From the NCBI RefSeq assembly GCF_009914755.1, contig NC_060927.1: DNA of 64,000 nt; one strand, written 5' to 3'. Both the position numbers and the translations under genes were made by a program. Origin of the DNA: the human T2T-CHM13v2.0 reference genome, Homo sapiens. This document shows, in pieces, positions 21,196 through 37,010 of this stretch (the stretch's first letter is position 1; each line of letters starts with the position of its first letter). The notes below the pieces were generated by a model. That model was not told the DNA's origin. It saw only the letters and a program-made list of their open reading frames with translations, and did no database searches.

Positions 21196-23269
21196 TTAAG
21201 TCAGACCACTGACAGAAGCCATTTCTTCCTTTCAAACTATCCTCCCAAAAGATGAGGAAACCATTCCCTAAGAGAAGTCTTTTAAGAAATACCTCTTGTT
21301 TTAAGCCATCCAAAAAGCAAATACAGTAAGCATGTTTCATTTTGAAAGAAAAATAGAAAGCTGCCTACAAAATCAATTTGTATCAAGAAGTCATTTTTCC
21401 AGTAATTTCTTCAAGTTTACTTCTTGAACTTTGAAAGATAAGCTTTCCTTCCCACTGGATGCCAGAGGAAGTGACTGAATGCTCAAGCTGGCCATTCATA
21501 GGCACTCCAACCCTCTCAGGGCTCCAGGGCCAGGCATGGAAAGTACAACTGCAGTCCAGGGAGGCCTGCAGCAGCTAACGCCTTCTTCAGATTTTCTCCT
21601 TATCGAGTCAATTTTGGAATTTCCTTAGTTTGAGAATTTCAAACAAAGGGCCTTGAATTTGCAAGAGGCAAGCACTCTCATCTCTTAGTTTTTGAGGACT
21701 CAATTAAATACGAAAAAAAAACCTTCTTAAAAATGGTAATTACCTTCAAACTTCTTTGAAAATTTAGATTAAATGACACAACCAAAAAAGAATTCAAGGG
21801 AAAATTATCCCTGTAAAGAGTACTGTAGGTTACACAGAATTACAAAGATCTCACACATTACTTTAAAAATACATGGTCAGGGAAAGGTTTAAAATCATCA
21901 AGATTGTACTTCCTTTTCATGGAAATAAACCATACACAGAAGTTATTACATTAATAAGTTGGCTGAATCACTAAATCAAAGTACAGGTCAAATAAAACCC
22001 TAGAAAAAAGTAAAAGCTCAAAATAGCTATCAATAAGTAAACTTTTCAGCAGCAAACTTTCATTTTACCATAAAAGAGAAGCAACTGAGGAGAGACACAT
22101 ATTGAACTTGCTTCACGTGCCTCCTTTGCCTTGACTATAAGCCTCGTGTTTCCAGTAGAGAGCTAAGGAGCAGAATGGCACTAGAGGAGTGCGTTTTCAC
22201 TAGAGAAGCACTGCCTCTAATACTCCCCTCTGGGGTGACTCCATGACTTTCAGTAGCTCAATTTCCTCAACAACTGAAACAGCTGTTTTAGAAAATAAGC
22301 CAACTCATCTACAGGCCTTAAGTTATACAACTGCAGAGAGAAGAGGTGCCAAGTTCAGGAAGCCCAACAGAGACCAAATCAGAGCCAGACGCTGGGGAAC
22401 TCCAGGTTTAATATGCCTTCCACTACTCACTTCCACACTCCAAGAAATGTCTCCAACCTTTCTGAGAGTTCTTTATGGCTCAGAATTTCTCCTTAAGATT
22501 TAAAGACCCAATTACTTCAAGGAGCAGCCACCAAGATTCCAGGCCAGCTTTAACCCAGAAGTCCTCCTCTAGAGCTGCAGTAAGATGTATGAATGCTACT
22601 GGGAAACTGTAGAGCACTTCCAAAACATCAGACATTTTCTAAAGAACAGAAAGCTACACTTAATTCACATTATTGAAAAGCTGCCAAACCACTGATTTTT
22701 AGACTTTATTAGTCAAGTCAACGCTATGGTAAACTATATTTCAATAAAGCCACTAAAAAAATACAGAGTTTCCAAATTCCTAACAGTTAAAAAGGATAAA
22801 GGGCGGAGACTAAGCTCAGATCTGTTTCAATCTCTCCATATTAAAATGAATGACTGCTGGTACAGACAGCAGAGACTAAACAATTATTTGTGGTGCAATC
22901 ACTGCATCTTAAAACCCTCAAGAGGAAACAGCCTGAGAGGGTAGTCTCCAAAATGAGAAACTTCACTTTGAGACAATCAAAAGAACAAAACGAAGTCACA
23001 GTGCTACTCCCACCGCTGCTCTTTCAATTATAATTTACTAACATCAAGTGATTAAAATCTGCAGCCAGAAAAGATCATAATGTAGGACAACAAAGTAGGA
23101 ACTGATCCCAAAACGCTAGACAGTATTCTCCCAATATAAGTGCTGCCTTTTCGTACAGTGTATTCTAGCTCCAATGGGACTTGTAAATCACTTATAAGGA
23201 AAAGAAGCCCCTTCCCCCACCAACCCAAGCCATCCTAATAGCTGGGCGTGTTTTACAGCAAATATGAAG

Positions 23270-24420
23270 CACTCAGGAGCGGTCCGAGGCCGACGCTTGC
23301 GGGGCCATCCTCCCCCACCCGCCCGTCACCAGGGCGAGCAGAGGCCTTTGGGGTTCCATGGCCCCCGACCGCCACGCGGCAGGACTCCGACCCCGCAGCC
23401 CAGGAGGCCCGCGCACCTCTGGGAGCAGCCGCATCTGGCAGAGACTCAGGGCTGCGCAGGCCTTCCCCAAGGAGACAGAGGCTTCTCCCCGCCCAGGGAG
23501 CCCAGTACCTCATGCTGTAAGCGCCGGCGCCCAGTTCCTGCCCGATGCCCGAGAGGCTGGCGTCGAAGTCGTGCACCAGCCCGGACTCGATCACCTCGTC
23601 CATCTTGAGCACCCAGGCCATCTTCCGGCCTCGCCGTCGCCCCGCACACCGCGGCCTCCGCGTCCAGGGCGAAGGAGCCGGAGCTCCGCTGGCGCGTCCT
23701 GGGGGAGGGCGCGGGTGAAGCCTCCGGAGGGGCGGCGAGTGGTCACCAGCGGCGGCCGGGACGAGAGCTGCGGGGGCCCCACTGGCAGGGCACGACGAGC
23801 CCAGCGAGCAATTGCAGCGGGAGCGGCCGGGCCGCCGGCAGCGCCACCCTCCCGCGGACACCGGCCCTGCGCCTCATGCCGGCGCCGCCGCCCAGCCCCC
23901 GCGCCGCTAGCGCTGCAGCCGCCGCCGACCGCCCCGCCCGGGGCCCCCCGGTCGCATCCTCCTCCGGGACCGCTGGGAGGCTGGACCTCGGGCCGCTCCG
24001 AGGACCACACGGGGGCAAGCCCTCCGCCCGCCCGTCACCCGCCCCCAAGCCTTGACTCCTTGCCCCCGGCCCGCCCAGGCTCTAGCGCCACACCGCCCCG
24101 GCCAACCCCGCCGACGCCGCTCTGCCGGCCGGACGCTGGCTTCAACGCGACTCCGACTTAGGTTCACGCGCCGCTTCCGCCTCCCCCGGCCCCGCCCCGA
24201 CCCCGCCCCGGCGTTCGCCCCACGCCTCGGCCCTCCCCGTACAGCCCCGCGCTTAGGGCCACTCCCCGCGCCTCGCGGCCCAGGAACTGTCCAGAGAGTG
24301 CAATGCGGCCCCGCCCACGCGGCTGTTCCCAGCCGGGGTGGCCTCGCTGCGTCCCCGCACAGCAGCCCAGGAAGAGGCGGTGCCAAAAGGGCTGCCAGTT
24401 TCCGCCCCTTCTAGCGAGCG
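23270..24420. promoter_or_regulatory. UBP1: CpG island over UBP1 exon 1, 5' UTR and core promoter
   Basis: Very GC-rich, dense intact CpGs and multiple GC boxes (CCCCGCCC), in sharp contrast to the AT-rich flanks. CpGs stay elevated to ~25190. Confidence 0.93.
23509..23621 (-). CDS. UBP1: UBP1 coding exon 1 (codons 1-37 plus 2 nt)
   Basis: Reads [37 protein letters not shown], which I recognise as the UBP1/LBP-1 N-terminus. ATG at 23621, donor AG|GTACTG with the intron starting at 23508; 113 nt, phase 2. Confidence 0.96.
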
Positions 24421-24900
24421 AGATGATTGACAGGCCAACTGAGCAATACCTGCAAGGGCTTGGACGAAGCTCCCGTGAGTCTCTGTGTCCCCCGACTAAA
24501 CAACCAATCAAAATGTTCTTCACCTTGGGCGGGCTCGAAGACGGAATTTGTTGCCAAAAGAAAGAGTTCATTGGACTGCATGGTAGAAAGCGACCCAAAA
24601 CGCCACTTCCGGAGGTGATTTGCTCCTCTGTGGTATTTCCCGGTCGTCTCTGCTTTTTGCCCTCTCTACCGAGGGAGTGAGCGGTTTGCACCCCATCTGG
24701 TGACAGAAAAGCCAGTTGTGCAGAAAACCTTGATTGGCGTGAGAATAAGCCAATCAACGCTCCTGAGAAAGAGCTCTGGAAAGACTTCCCCTATTGGTTG
24801 CATTGCCGAGAGCAGCTTGGCTATCCTGAGTTGAACTAGCTGTTGGTCATCCTAAGGGCAGGCGGTCTCCTGAAGTTGGACCGAACCATTAGGACGTGCC
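24420..24900. promoter_or_regulatory. CCAAT-box (NF-Y) cluster with ETS motif upstream of UBP1
   Basis: CCAAT/ATTGG in both orientations at ~24503, 24569, 24733, 24750 and 24793; ACTTCCGG (ETS/GABP type) at 24605-24612; no obvious TATA box. Confidence 0.7.
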
Positions 24901-25307
24901 ACAGTAACAGCTACGCTGCTCAGAAGGCCCGAAGGGTCTTCCTCAGCGACCTAGCGTGGGCACGCGCCACTGCGGCCAAAAGACAGAAATCTTTTTACCG
25001 GAAGAGATGAAATAGAAAGCAGGAGCCAGAGGCTGACTTACAGAGCCAGTGTGCGGATCAGAGTTCCTTAGGAGCGGCTGCTGGCGCTTGACGGGCGGAA
25101 TCCTTGCTGAAGAGAACGTCAAGGCCCGGGCTTCGCCCTGCATCGAACTTACTGCCTAAGAATAAGACCCAAATGCTGAGCGCCCCGCCCCAACTTGCCA
25201 GTTTAAGTGCAAAAATACATAGATTAAAATGTCAGCCTAATAAAGCAGTGGCACTGAGCCAGAAAAAAATAGTCTCAACGCCTGTGTGATTTAGATACTA
25301 ACTTACA

Positions 25308-27013
<1,706 letters not shown>

Positions 27014-27077
27014 TAGAAGTATCAAGCAGCGCTAAATAGTAATGTCATAAAGAGACCAAAATATAAAAGAAGGATAG

Positions 27078-27448
27078 TGTTAAAAGAAAACTTTAGACAA
27101 ATTAAATATAAGAGTTTAATTTTGCAAAAAAAAGATTTGTCAATCAGGTAGCCACCCCGAACCAGAATATGTTCAGAGAGACTCCAACACTGTTGCATGG
27201 TGGAAGAAGATTTATGGACAGAAAAAGGACAGTGATGTATGGAAAACAGAAGTGAGATATAAAAACAGCTTGATTGGTTGAGTGTATTATTTGAACAGTT
27301 GGCCTCCTGTAATTAGCCAAAACTCAGCGATTGTTATAATAGGTTATAGACCATTTATACATCCAGTTAGGTTACAATTTACTGTGTACAGAGAAACCTT
27401 TAGGCTGAACTTATAAGGAGGCAACTTTAGGCTAAACTCAATTTAACA
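27078..27448 (-). mobile_element. MER57-type 3' LTR
   Basis: TGTTAAA...TTTAACA termini; polypurine tract (minus-strand AAAAGGGGAGAAAT) at 27449-27462. Confidence 0.85.
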
Positions 27449-27837
27449 ATTTCTCCCCTTTTGTTCAACCTCTCAACTTGACCAAAATAGAGAGGTTGAC
27501 CAAAATCCTAGACATTGACATTACTTTCTGACCATTGTAAATGTACTTATCTGGTCGCAAATCCCATTGGGAAATAGTACAACAGTGGGTTTTGTAAGGT
27601 GCGAATAAGGACTTTAGGTTATTTTCTGGTAAGCGTTAGAGTAGAGGATACTTTTTTTTTATTATGTTGGAATTTTTATTTATTTAAATTTTATGGACAT
27701 TTTATGGATGATTGTATGTAAACATTTAAAACTTTTGAAAGTCCTTAGTGCACATAGGAGACTACTATTAAGATTACCAAGAGGATAATACCAAGACTTT
27801 GGAGTATGCCCCTTAGCCAGGGTCAACATGAACTAAA

Positions 27838-28405
<568 letters not shown>

Positions 28406-28482
28406 TGATCCGCCCACCTCAGCCTCCCAAAGTGCTGGGATTACAGGCGTGAGCCATCATGCCCGGCCTTTTTTTTTTTTGA

Positions 28483-28587
<105 letters not shown>

Positions 28588-28630
28588 TGAGTTTTTGGGA
28601 TTACAGGCACCCGCCACCATGCCCAGCTAA

Positions 28631-28771
<141 letters not shown>

Positions 28772-28781
28772 TGAGGGATAA

Positions 28782-28913
<132 letters not shown>

Positions 28914-29322
28914 TGAGTAGCTGGGATTACAGACGTGCACCTCTATGCCCAGGTTTTTTTGTTTTTTTGTGTGTGTGTGTGTTTTTAGTAGAGACAGGGT
29001 TTTACCATTTTGGCCAGGCTGGTCTCGAACTCCTAACCACGTGATCCACACGCCTCAGCCTCCCAAAGTGTTGGATTACAGGTGTGAGCCACCATGCCTG
29101 GCCATGAGGGATAAATTTCTAATCATTGCTTCATTTATTCTAAATTATGGAAAAAGAGACAATAAATGATGTCTGTATCTACAAGACTGAAGGCCTCCTG
29201 GCAATGTTTTTTTTTAAATTTATGATATTGGTTAAGAGGAGTGGACTAAAGTTTTTGACTGATTATGAGGTAATAAAGGTATTAACATCAGTTATCTATA
29301 TTGGGGTTTTTTAATTGTTTAA

Positions 29323-29439
<117 letters not shown>

Positions 29440-29848
29440 TGAGTAGCTGGGACTATAGGTGCCCGCCATCATGCCTGGTTAATTTTTTTGTATTTTAGTA
29501 GAGACGGGGTTTCACCATATTGGCCAGAATGGTCTCGACCTCCTAACCTCGTGATCTGCCTGCCTTGGCCTCCCAAAGTGCTGGGATTACAGGCATGAGC
29601 CACTGCACCCAGCCTATTTTTTAATTTATTAAGGCACAAGGTTGTTTGTTAGAAGACTGGCTTTGAAATCTTTTATAAATAAAACTATATTCTATGAGTG
29701 CATATAAGACTTTTATTTATTTTTATTGTCTATAGAGGCATATGTAAGGAAAAAATTAAGAGGTAAGAGTCTCATGATGGTAGAGAAGTCTTGATTTGTG
29801 ATCTTGGGAAAGTTGTCCATGTCTAGGATGTTGTCTGTTTTCAGAGAA

Positions 29849-29850
<2 letters not shown>

Positions 29851-29888
<38 letters not shown>
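29851..29888. repeat. T38 homopolymer
   Basis: 38 consecutive T, not attached to an Alu body. Confidence 0.95.
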
Positions 29889-29926
29889 CTGGTTGGTTTT
29901 TTGTTTTTGTTAGTTTTAGGTCTCTA

Positions 29927-30761
<835 letters not shown>

Positions 30762-30764
30762 TTT

Positions 30765-30782
30765 TGGCAACCACAAAGGGAC
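30765..30782 (+). other. Primer binding site, tRNA-Arg type
   Basis: TGGCAACCACAAAGGGAC versus TGGCGACCACGAAGGGAC (two CpG transitions), 3 nt after the LTR. Confidence 0.85.
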
Positions 30783-32096
30783 TATCACCTATTGCCAAGC
30801 GGTGAGACTATCGCCAAGTGGTGAGACCATCGTCTATCGCTGAGCAGCAAAACAATCGCCTATCGCCAAGCAGTGAGTACCATCGGACCCCTTTCGCTTG
30901 CTATTCTGTCCTATTTTTCCTTAGAATTTGGGGGCTAAATACTGGGCATCTGTCAGCCAGTTAAAAGTGACTAGCGCGGCCGCCGGACTAAAGACATGGG
31001 TGTCAGGCTTTCTGAGAAAGGGCTCTCTAACAACCCCTGACTCTTCGGAGTTGGGAGCGTTGGTTTGCCTAAAACCAGCTTCCGCTTTTCCTGTACTTCT
31101 GGGCTGAGCCGAGGGTAGACAGAGAGGAAAGTATGCAACTCCAGGGTCCTGACAACAAGTTGGTTGACCCTGGGGCCATGAGCAGAACTCTCAAAGGCAT
31201 GTCGCCCAAGCGAGACTCGCCCATCTATCCTATCTATCCTGACTCTTGCCCCCTGGGTCCTAATGCCTGCCAGACAAACTTCCTCTCACCTCTCTTCTCT
31301 GAGGTTAGTCCCGCTTCTAAAAATTGTTACCTGTCTCTGGTGCTTTTCTCATTTCTCCTATAAGAATGATTTCTAGTATAAACTCCAGGACTCTGTTACC
31401 TTCTTTAGGCACCTGGGCTCCCCAATCAGAAAGACATAATTTTTGCCCAAAGCCCGTCATAGTGGGGACTACCTGGAATTTTAGGATCCCTCCTCAGACT
31501 AATAGGCCTAACAAAAGCTATTCCTGAAGCTAGGATATGGGGAGCCTCAGAAATTGTATCCTTCCTATTCACATAAGTGAGGACAAAAGGTGTCACTCTT
31601 CCAACCCTGGAGATCCCTTCCCTCCCACAGGGTATGGCCCTCCACTTCATTTTTGGGGCATAACATCTTTATAGGAGAGGGGTAAAGCCCCAGTACTAAC
31701 AGGACAATGCTTAGGACTCTAACAGGTTTTCAAGAATGCGTCGGTAAGGGCCACTAAATCCGATTTTTCTTGGTCAGGCCTCCTTGTGGTCCAGGAGGAC
31801 ATGCAAGCGTGCAGGTTTTCGAGAATGCGTCAGTAAGGGACACTAAATCTGACCTTCCTCGGTCCTCCATGTGGTCTGGGAGGAAAACTAGCGTTTCTGC
31901 TGCTGCGTCGGTGAGGGCAACTATTCCGATCAGCAGGGTCCAGGGACTGTTGCGGGTTCTTGGACAGGGGTTGTTTCTGCTGCTGCGTCAGTGAGCGCAA
32001 CTATTCAGATCAGCAGGGGCCAGGGACCATTGAGGGTTCTTGGGCAGGGGGAGAAACAAAAAAAAAACCAAAACTGCAGGCGGTTTTGTCTTTCAG

Positions 32097-33557
32097 ATGG
32101 GAAACACTCAGGCATCAACAGGCTCACACTTGAAATGCATACTAAGCCACTGGGACCAATTTGACCCACAAACCCTGAAGAAGAGGTGGCTCATTTTTTC
32201 CTGCACTACGGCTTGGCCCCAATATTCTCTCTCTGATGGGGAAAAATGGCCACCTAAGGGAAGTACAAATTACAATACTATCCTGCAGCTTGACCTTTTC
32301 TGTAAGAGGGAAAGCAAATGGAGTGAAATACCTTATGTCCAAGCTTTCTTTTCATTGAGGGAGAATACACAACTATGCAAAGCTTACAATTTACATCCCA
32401 CAGGAGGACCTCTCAGCTTACCCCCATATCCTAGCCTCCCTATAGCTCCCCTTCCTATTAATGATAAGCCTCCTCTAATCTCCCCTGCCCAGAAGGAAAT
32501 AAGCAAAGAAATCTCCAAAGGACCACAAAAACCCCTGGGCTATTGGTTATGGCCCCTTCAAGCTGTACAGGGAGGGGAATTTGGCCCAACCCGGGTACAT
32601 GTCCCCTTCTCCCTCTCTGATTTAAAACAGATCAAGGCAGACCTGGGGAAGTTTTCAGATGATCCTGATAGGTACATAGATGTCCTACAGGGTCTAGGGC
32701 AAACCTTTGACCTCACTTGGAGAGATGTCATGCTACTGTTAGATCAAACCCTGGCCTTTAATGAAAAGAATGCGGCTTTAGCTGCAGACTGAGAGTTTGG
32801 AGATACCTGGTATCTTAAGTCAGTAAATGATAGAATGACAGCTGAAGAAAGGGACAAATTCCCTACCAGTCAGCAAGCCATCCCCACTATGGATCCCCAC
32901 TGGGACCTTGATGCAGATCATGGGGACTGGAGTCGTAAACATCTGTTGACCTGTGTTCTAGAAGGACCAAGGAGAATTAGAAAAAAGCCCATGAATTATT
33001 CAGTGATGTCCACCATAACTCAGGGAAAGGAAGAAAATCTTTCTGCCTTCCTCAAGCGGCTACGAGAGGCCTTAAGAAAATATACTCCCCTGTCACCCGA
33101 ATCACTTGAGGGTCAATTGATTCTAAAAGATAAGTTTATTACCCAATCAGCCACAGATATCAGGAGAAAGCTCCAAAAGCAAGCCCTGGGTCCTGAACAA
33201 AACCTAGAGGCATTATTAAACCTGGCAACCTCAGTGTTTTATAATAGGGACCAAGAGGAACAGGCCCAAAAGGAAAAGCGAGATCAGAGAAAGGCCGCAG
33301 CCTTAGTCATGGCCCTCAGACCAACAAACCTTGGTGGTTCAGAGAGGACAGAAAATGGAGCAGGCCAAACACCCGGTAAGACTTGTTATCAGTATGGTTT
33401 ACTAGGACACTTTAAAAAAGATTGTCCAATGAGAAACAAGCTGCCCCCTCATCCATGTCCACTATGCCAAGGCAATCACTGGAAGGTGCACTGCCCCAGA
33501 GGATGAAGGTTCTCTGGGTCAGAAGCCCCCAACCAGATGATCCAACAATAGGACTGA
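32097..33557 (+). pseudogene. gag: ERV9 gag (disrupted)
   Basis: MGNTQAS myristoylation-type start, MA/CA motifs (QGKEENLSAFLKRLREAL, MHR) and zinc knuckles. Stops at 32790, 33504 and 33549; natural stop at 33555. Confidence 0.92.
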
Positions 33558-35810
33558 GGGTGCCCGGGGCAAGCGCCAGCTCATGTCATCACCCTCACTG
33601 AGCCCCTGATATGTTTAACTATTGAGGGCCAGGAAATTGACTTCCTCCTGGACACTGGCGTGGCCTTCTCAGTGTTAATCTCCTGTCCTGGACGACTGTC
33701 CTCAAGGTCCGTTACCATCTGAGGAATCCTGGGACAGCCTGTAACCAGGTATTTCTCCCACCTCCTCAGCTGTAATTGGGAGACTTTGCTCTTTTCACGT
33801 GCCTTTCTAGTTATGCCTGAAATTCCCACACCCTTATTAGGGAGGGATATATTAGCCAAGGCTGGAGCTATTATCTACATGAATATGGGGAACAAGTTAC
33901 CCATTTGTTGTCCCCTACTTGAGGAGGGAATCAACCCCGAAGTCTGGGCATTGGAAGGACAATTTGGAAGGGCAAGAAATGCCTGCCCAATCCAAATCAG
34001 GTTAAAAGATCCCACCACTTTTCCTTATCAAAGGCAATATCCCTTAAGGCCTGAAGCTCATAAAGGATTACAGAATATTGTTAAACATTTAAAAGCTCAA
34101 GGCTTAGGAAGGAAATACAGCAGTTGCTGCAACATCCCAATTCTAGGAGTACAAAAACCAAATGGTCAGTGGAGACTAGTGCAAGATCTTAGACTCGTCA
34201 ATGAGGCAGTAATTCCTCTATATCCAGTTGTACCCAACCCCCTATACCCTGCTCTCTCAAATACCAGAGGAAGCAGAATGGTTCACGGTTCTGGACCTCA
34301 GGGATGACTTCTTCTGTATTCCCCTGCACTCTGACTCCCAGTTCCTCTTTGCCTTTGAGGATCCCACAGACCACATGTCCCAACTTACGTGGATGGTCTT
34401 GCCCCAAGGGTTTAGGGATAGCCCTCATCTGTTTGGTCAGGCACTGGCCCAAGATCTAGGCCACTTCTCAAGTCCAGGCACTCTGGTCCTTCAATATGTG
34501 GATGATTTACTTTTGGCTACCAGTTCGGAAGCCTCGTGCCAGCAGGCTACTCTAGATCTCTTGAACTTTCTAGCTAATCAAGGGTACAAGGTGTCTAGGT
34601 CGAAGGCCCAGCTTTGCCTATATCAGGTCAAATATCTAGGCCTAGTCTTAGCCAGAGGAACCAGGACCCTCAGCAAGGAATAAATACAGCCTATACTGGC
34701 TTATCCTTGCCCTAAAACATTAAAACAGTTGCGGGGGTTCTTTGGAATTACCGGCTTTTGCCGAGTATGGATCCCTGGATGCAGGGAGATAGCCAGGCCC
34801 CTGTATACTCTAATCAAGGAAACCCAGAAGGCAAATACTCATCTAGTAGAATGGGAACCAGAGGCAGAAACAGCCTTTAAAACCTTAAAGCAGGCCCTAG
34901 TACGAGCTCCAGCTTTAAGCCTTCCCACAGGACAAAACTTCTCTTTATACGTCACAGAGAGAGCTGGGATAGCTCTTGGAGTCCTTACTCAGACTCACGG
35001 TACAACCCCACAACCAGTGGCATACCTAAGTAAGGAAATTGACATGGTAGCAAAAGGCTGGCCTCACTGTTTAAGGGTAGTTGCAGCAGTGGCCATCTTA
35101 GTGTCAGAGGCTATCAAAATAATACAAGGAAAGGATCTCACTGTCTGGACTACTCATGATGTAAATGGCCTACTAGGTGCCAAAGGAAGTTATGGCTATC
35201 AGACAACTGCCTACTTAGATACCAGGCGCTACTCCTTAAGGGACCGGTGCTTCAAATATGCATATGCGTGGCCCTCAACCCTGCCACTTTTCTCCCAGAG
35301 GATGGGGAACCAATCGAGCATGACTGCCAACAAATTATAGTCCAAACTTCTGCCACCTGAGATGATCTCTTAGCATTCCCCTTAACTAATCCTGACCTTA
35401 ACCTATATACTGATGGAAGTTAATTTGTGGAGAATGGGATATGAAGGGCAGGTTACGCCATAGTTAGTGAGGTAACCATACTTGAAAGTAAGCCTCTTCC
35501 CCCAGGGACCAGTGCCCAGTTAGCAGAACTAGTGGCACTTACCCGAGCCTTAGAACTGGGAAAGGGAAAAAGAATAAATGTGTATACAGATAGCAAGTAT
35601 GCTTATCTAATCCTACATGCCCATGCTGCAATATGGAAAGACAGGGAGTTCCTAACCTCTGGGTGAACCCCCATTAAATACCACAAGGAAATTATAGGGT
35701 TATTGCACACAGTGCAAAAACCCAAAGAGGTGGGAGTCTTACACTGCCAAAGCCATCAAAATGGGAAGGAGAGGGGAGAACAGCAGCATAAGCAGCTGGC
35801 AGAGGCAGCA
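33558..35810 (+). pseudogene. pol: ERV9 pro-pol (protease, RT, RNase H; integrase absent)
   Basis: LLDTG at ~33651, LPQG, YVDD at 34495-34506, YTDGS at ~35406, SAQLAEL and VYTDSKY. Several stops and frameshifts. Confidence 0.93.
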
Positions 35811-36075
35811 AGGAAAGAGAGAAAGAGACAGGAAGTCAAAGAAAGAGACAGAGAAGAAGAGACAGAGAGACAGAAACAGAGAGACAGAAACAGAGAGTCA
35901 AAGAGAAGGAGACAGAAAAAGAAACAGAGAGGAAGAAACAGAGAGTTGAAGAGAAAGAGACGAAGAGAAGGAGTCAGAGAGAAAGAGGGACAGACACAGA
36001 AAGTCAGAGAGTCAGAAAGAGAGGAAGAGACAAAGAAGAAGTCAAAGAGAAAGAGAGATGGAAGTAGTAAAGAAA
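35810..36075 (+). repeat. AG-rich low-complexity tract inside the ERV9 provirus
   Basis: Near-pure purine strand of GAGA/CAGA units, lying where integrase and 5' env would be. Confidence 0.9.
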
Positions 36076-36953
36076 AAACAGTGTATCCCATTCCTTTAAA
36101 AGCCAGGGTAAATTTCTGTCTACCCAGCCAAGGCATATTTTTCTTATGTGGAACATCGACCTATATCTGCCTCTCCACTAACTGGACAGACACCTGCACC
36201 TTAGTCTTTCTAAGTCCCAACATTAACATTGCCCCAGGAAATCAGACCTTATCAGTACCCCTCAAAGCTCAAGTCCATCAGTGCAGAGCCATACAACTAA
36301 TACACCTACTTATAGGGTTAGGAATGGCTACTGCTACAGGAACTGGAATAGCCAGTTTATCTGCTTCATTATCCTACTACCACACACTCTCAAAGGATTT
36401 CTCAGACAGTTTGCAAGAAATAACGAAATCTATTCTTACTTTACAATCCCAAATAGACTCTTTGGCAGCAGTGACTCTACAAAACTGCCGATGCCTAGAC
36501 CTCCTCACTGCTGAGAAAGGAGGACTCTGCACCTTCTTAGGGGAAGAGTGTTGTTTTTACACTAACCAGTCGGGGATGGTATGAGATGCCACCCGACATT
36601 TACAGGAAAAGGCTTCTGAAATCAGACCACACCTTTCAAACTCTTATACCAACCTCTGGAGTTGGGCAACATGGTTTCTCCCCTTTCTAGGTCCCGTGGC
36701 AGCCATCTTGCTGTTACTTGCCTTTGGGCCCTGTATTTTTAACCTTCTTGTCAAATTTGTTTCCTCTAGAATCGAAGCCATCAAGCTACAGATGGTCTTA
36801 CAAATGGAACCCCAAATGAGTTCAACTAACAACTTCTACCGAGGACCCCTGGACCGACCCGCTGGCACTTCCACTGGCCTAGAGAGTTCCCCCTTGGAGG
36901 ACACTACAACTGCAGGGCCCCTTCTTCACTTCTATCCAGCAGGAAGTAGCTAG
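36076..36953 (+). pseudogene. env: ERV9 env, SU C-terminus plus TM
   Basis: Fusion peptide, ISD LQNCRCLDLLTAEKGGLC, CX6CC, membrane anchor and cytoplasmic tail all in one frame. Single stop at 36582-36584; furin site decayed (HQCR). Confidence 0.92.
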
Positions 36954-37010
36954 AGCAGTCATCGGCCAAATTCCCAACAGCAGTTGGGGTGTCCTGTTTA
37001 GAGGGGGGAT

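Noticed and set aside
23248-24757. Overlapping long Pro/Arg/Gly-rich ORFs (up to 267 aa) on both strands
   Set aside because: Stop-codon scarcity in a CpG island. Only 23509-23621 matches a known protein and has splice support.
31730-32045. Duplicated 30-60 bp units in the proviral leader
   Set aside because: To my knowledge an ordinary feature of ERV9-type leaders.
35703-36584. 293-aa ORF as a domesticated syncytin-like env
   Set aside because: No ATG or signal peptide, most of SU missing, furin site and ISD arginines decayed, and a stop before the anchor.
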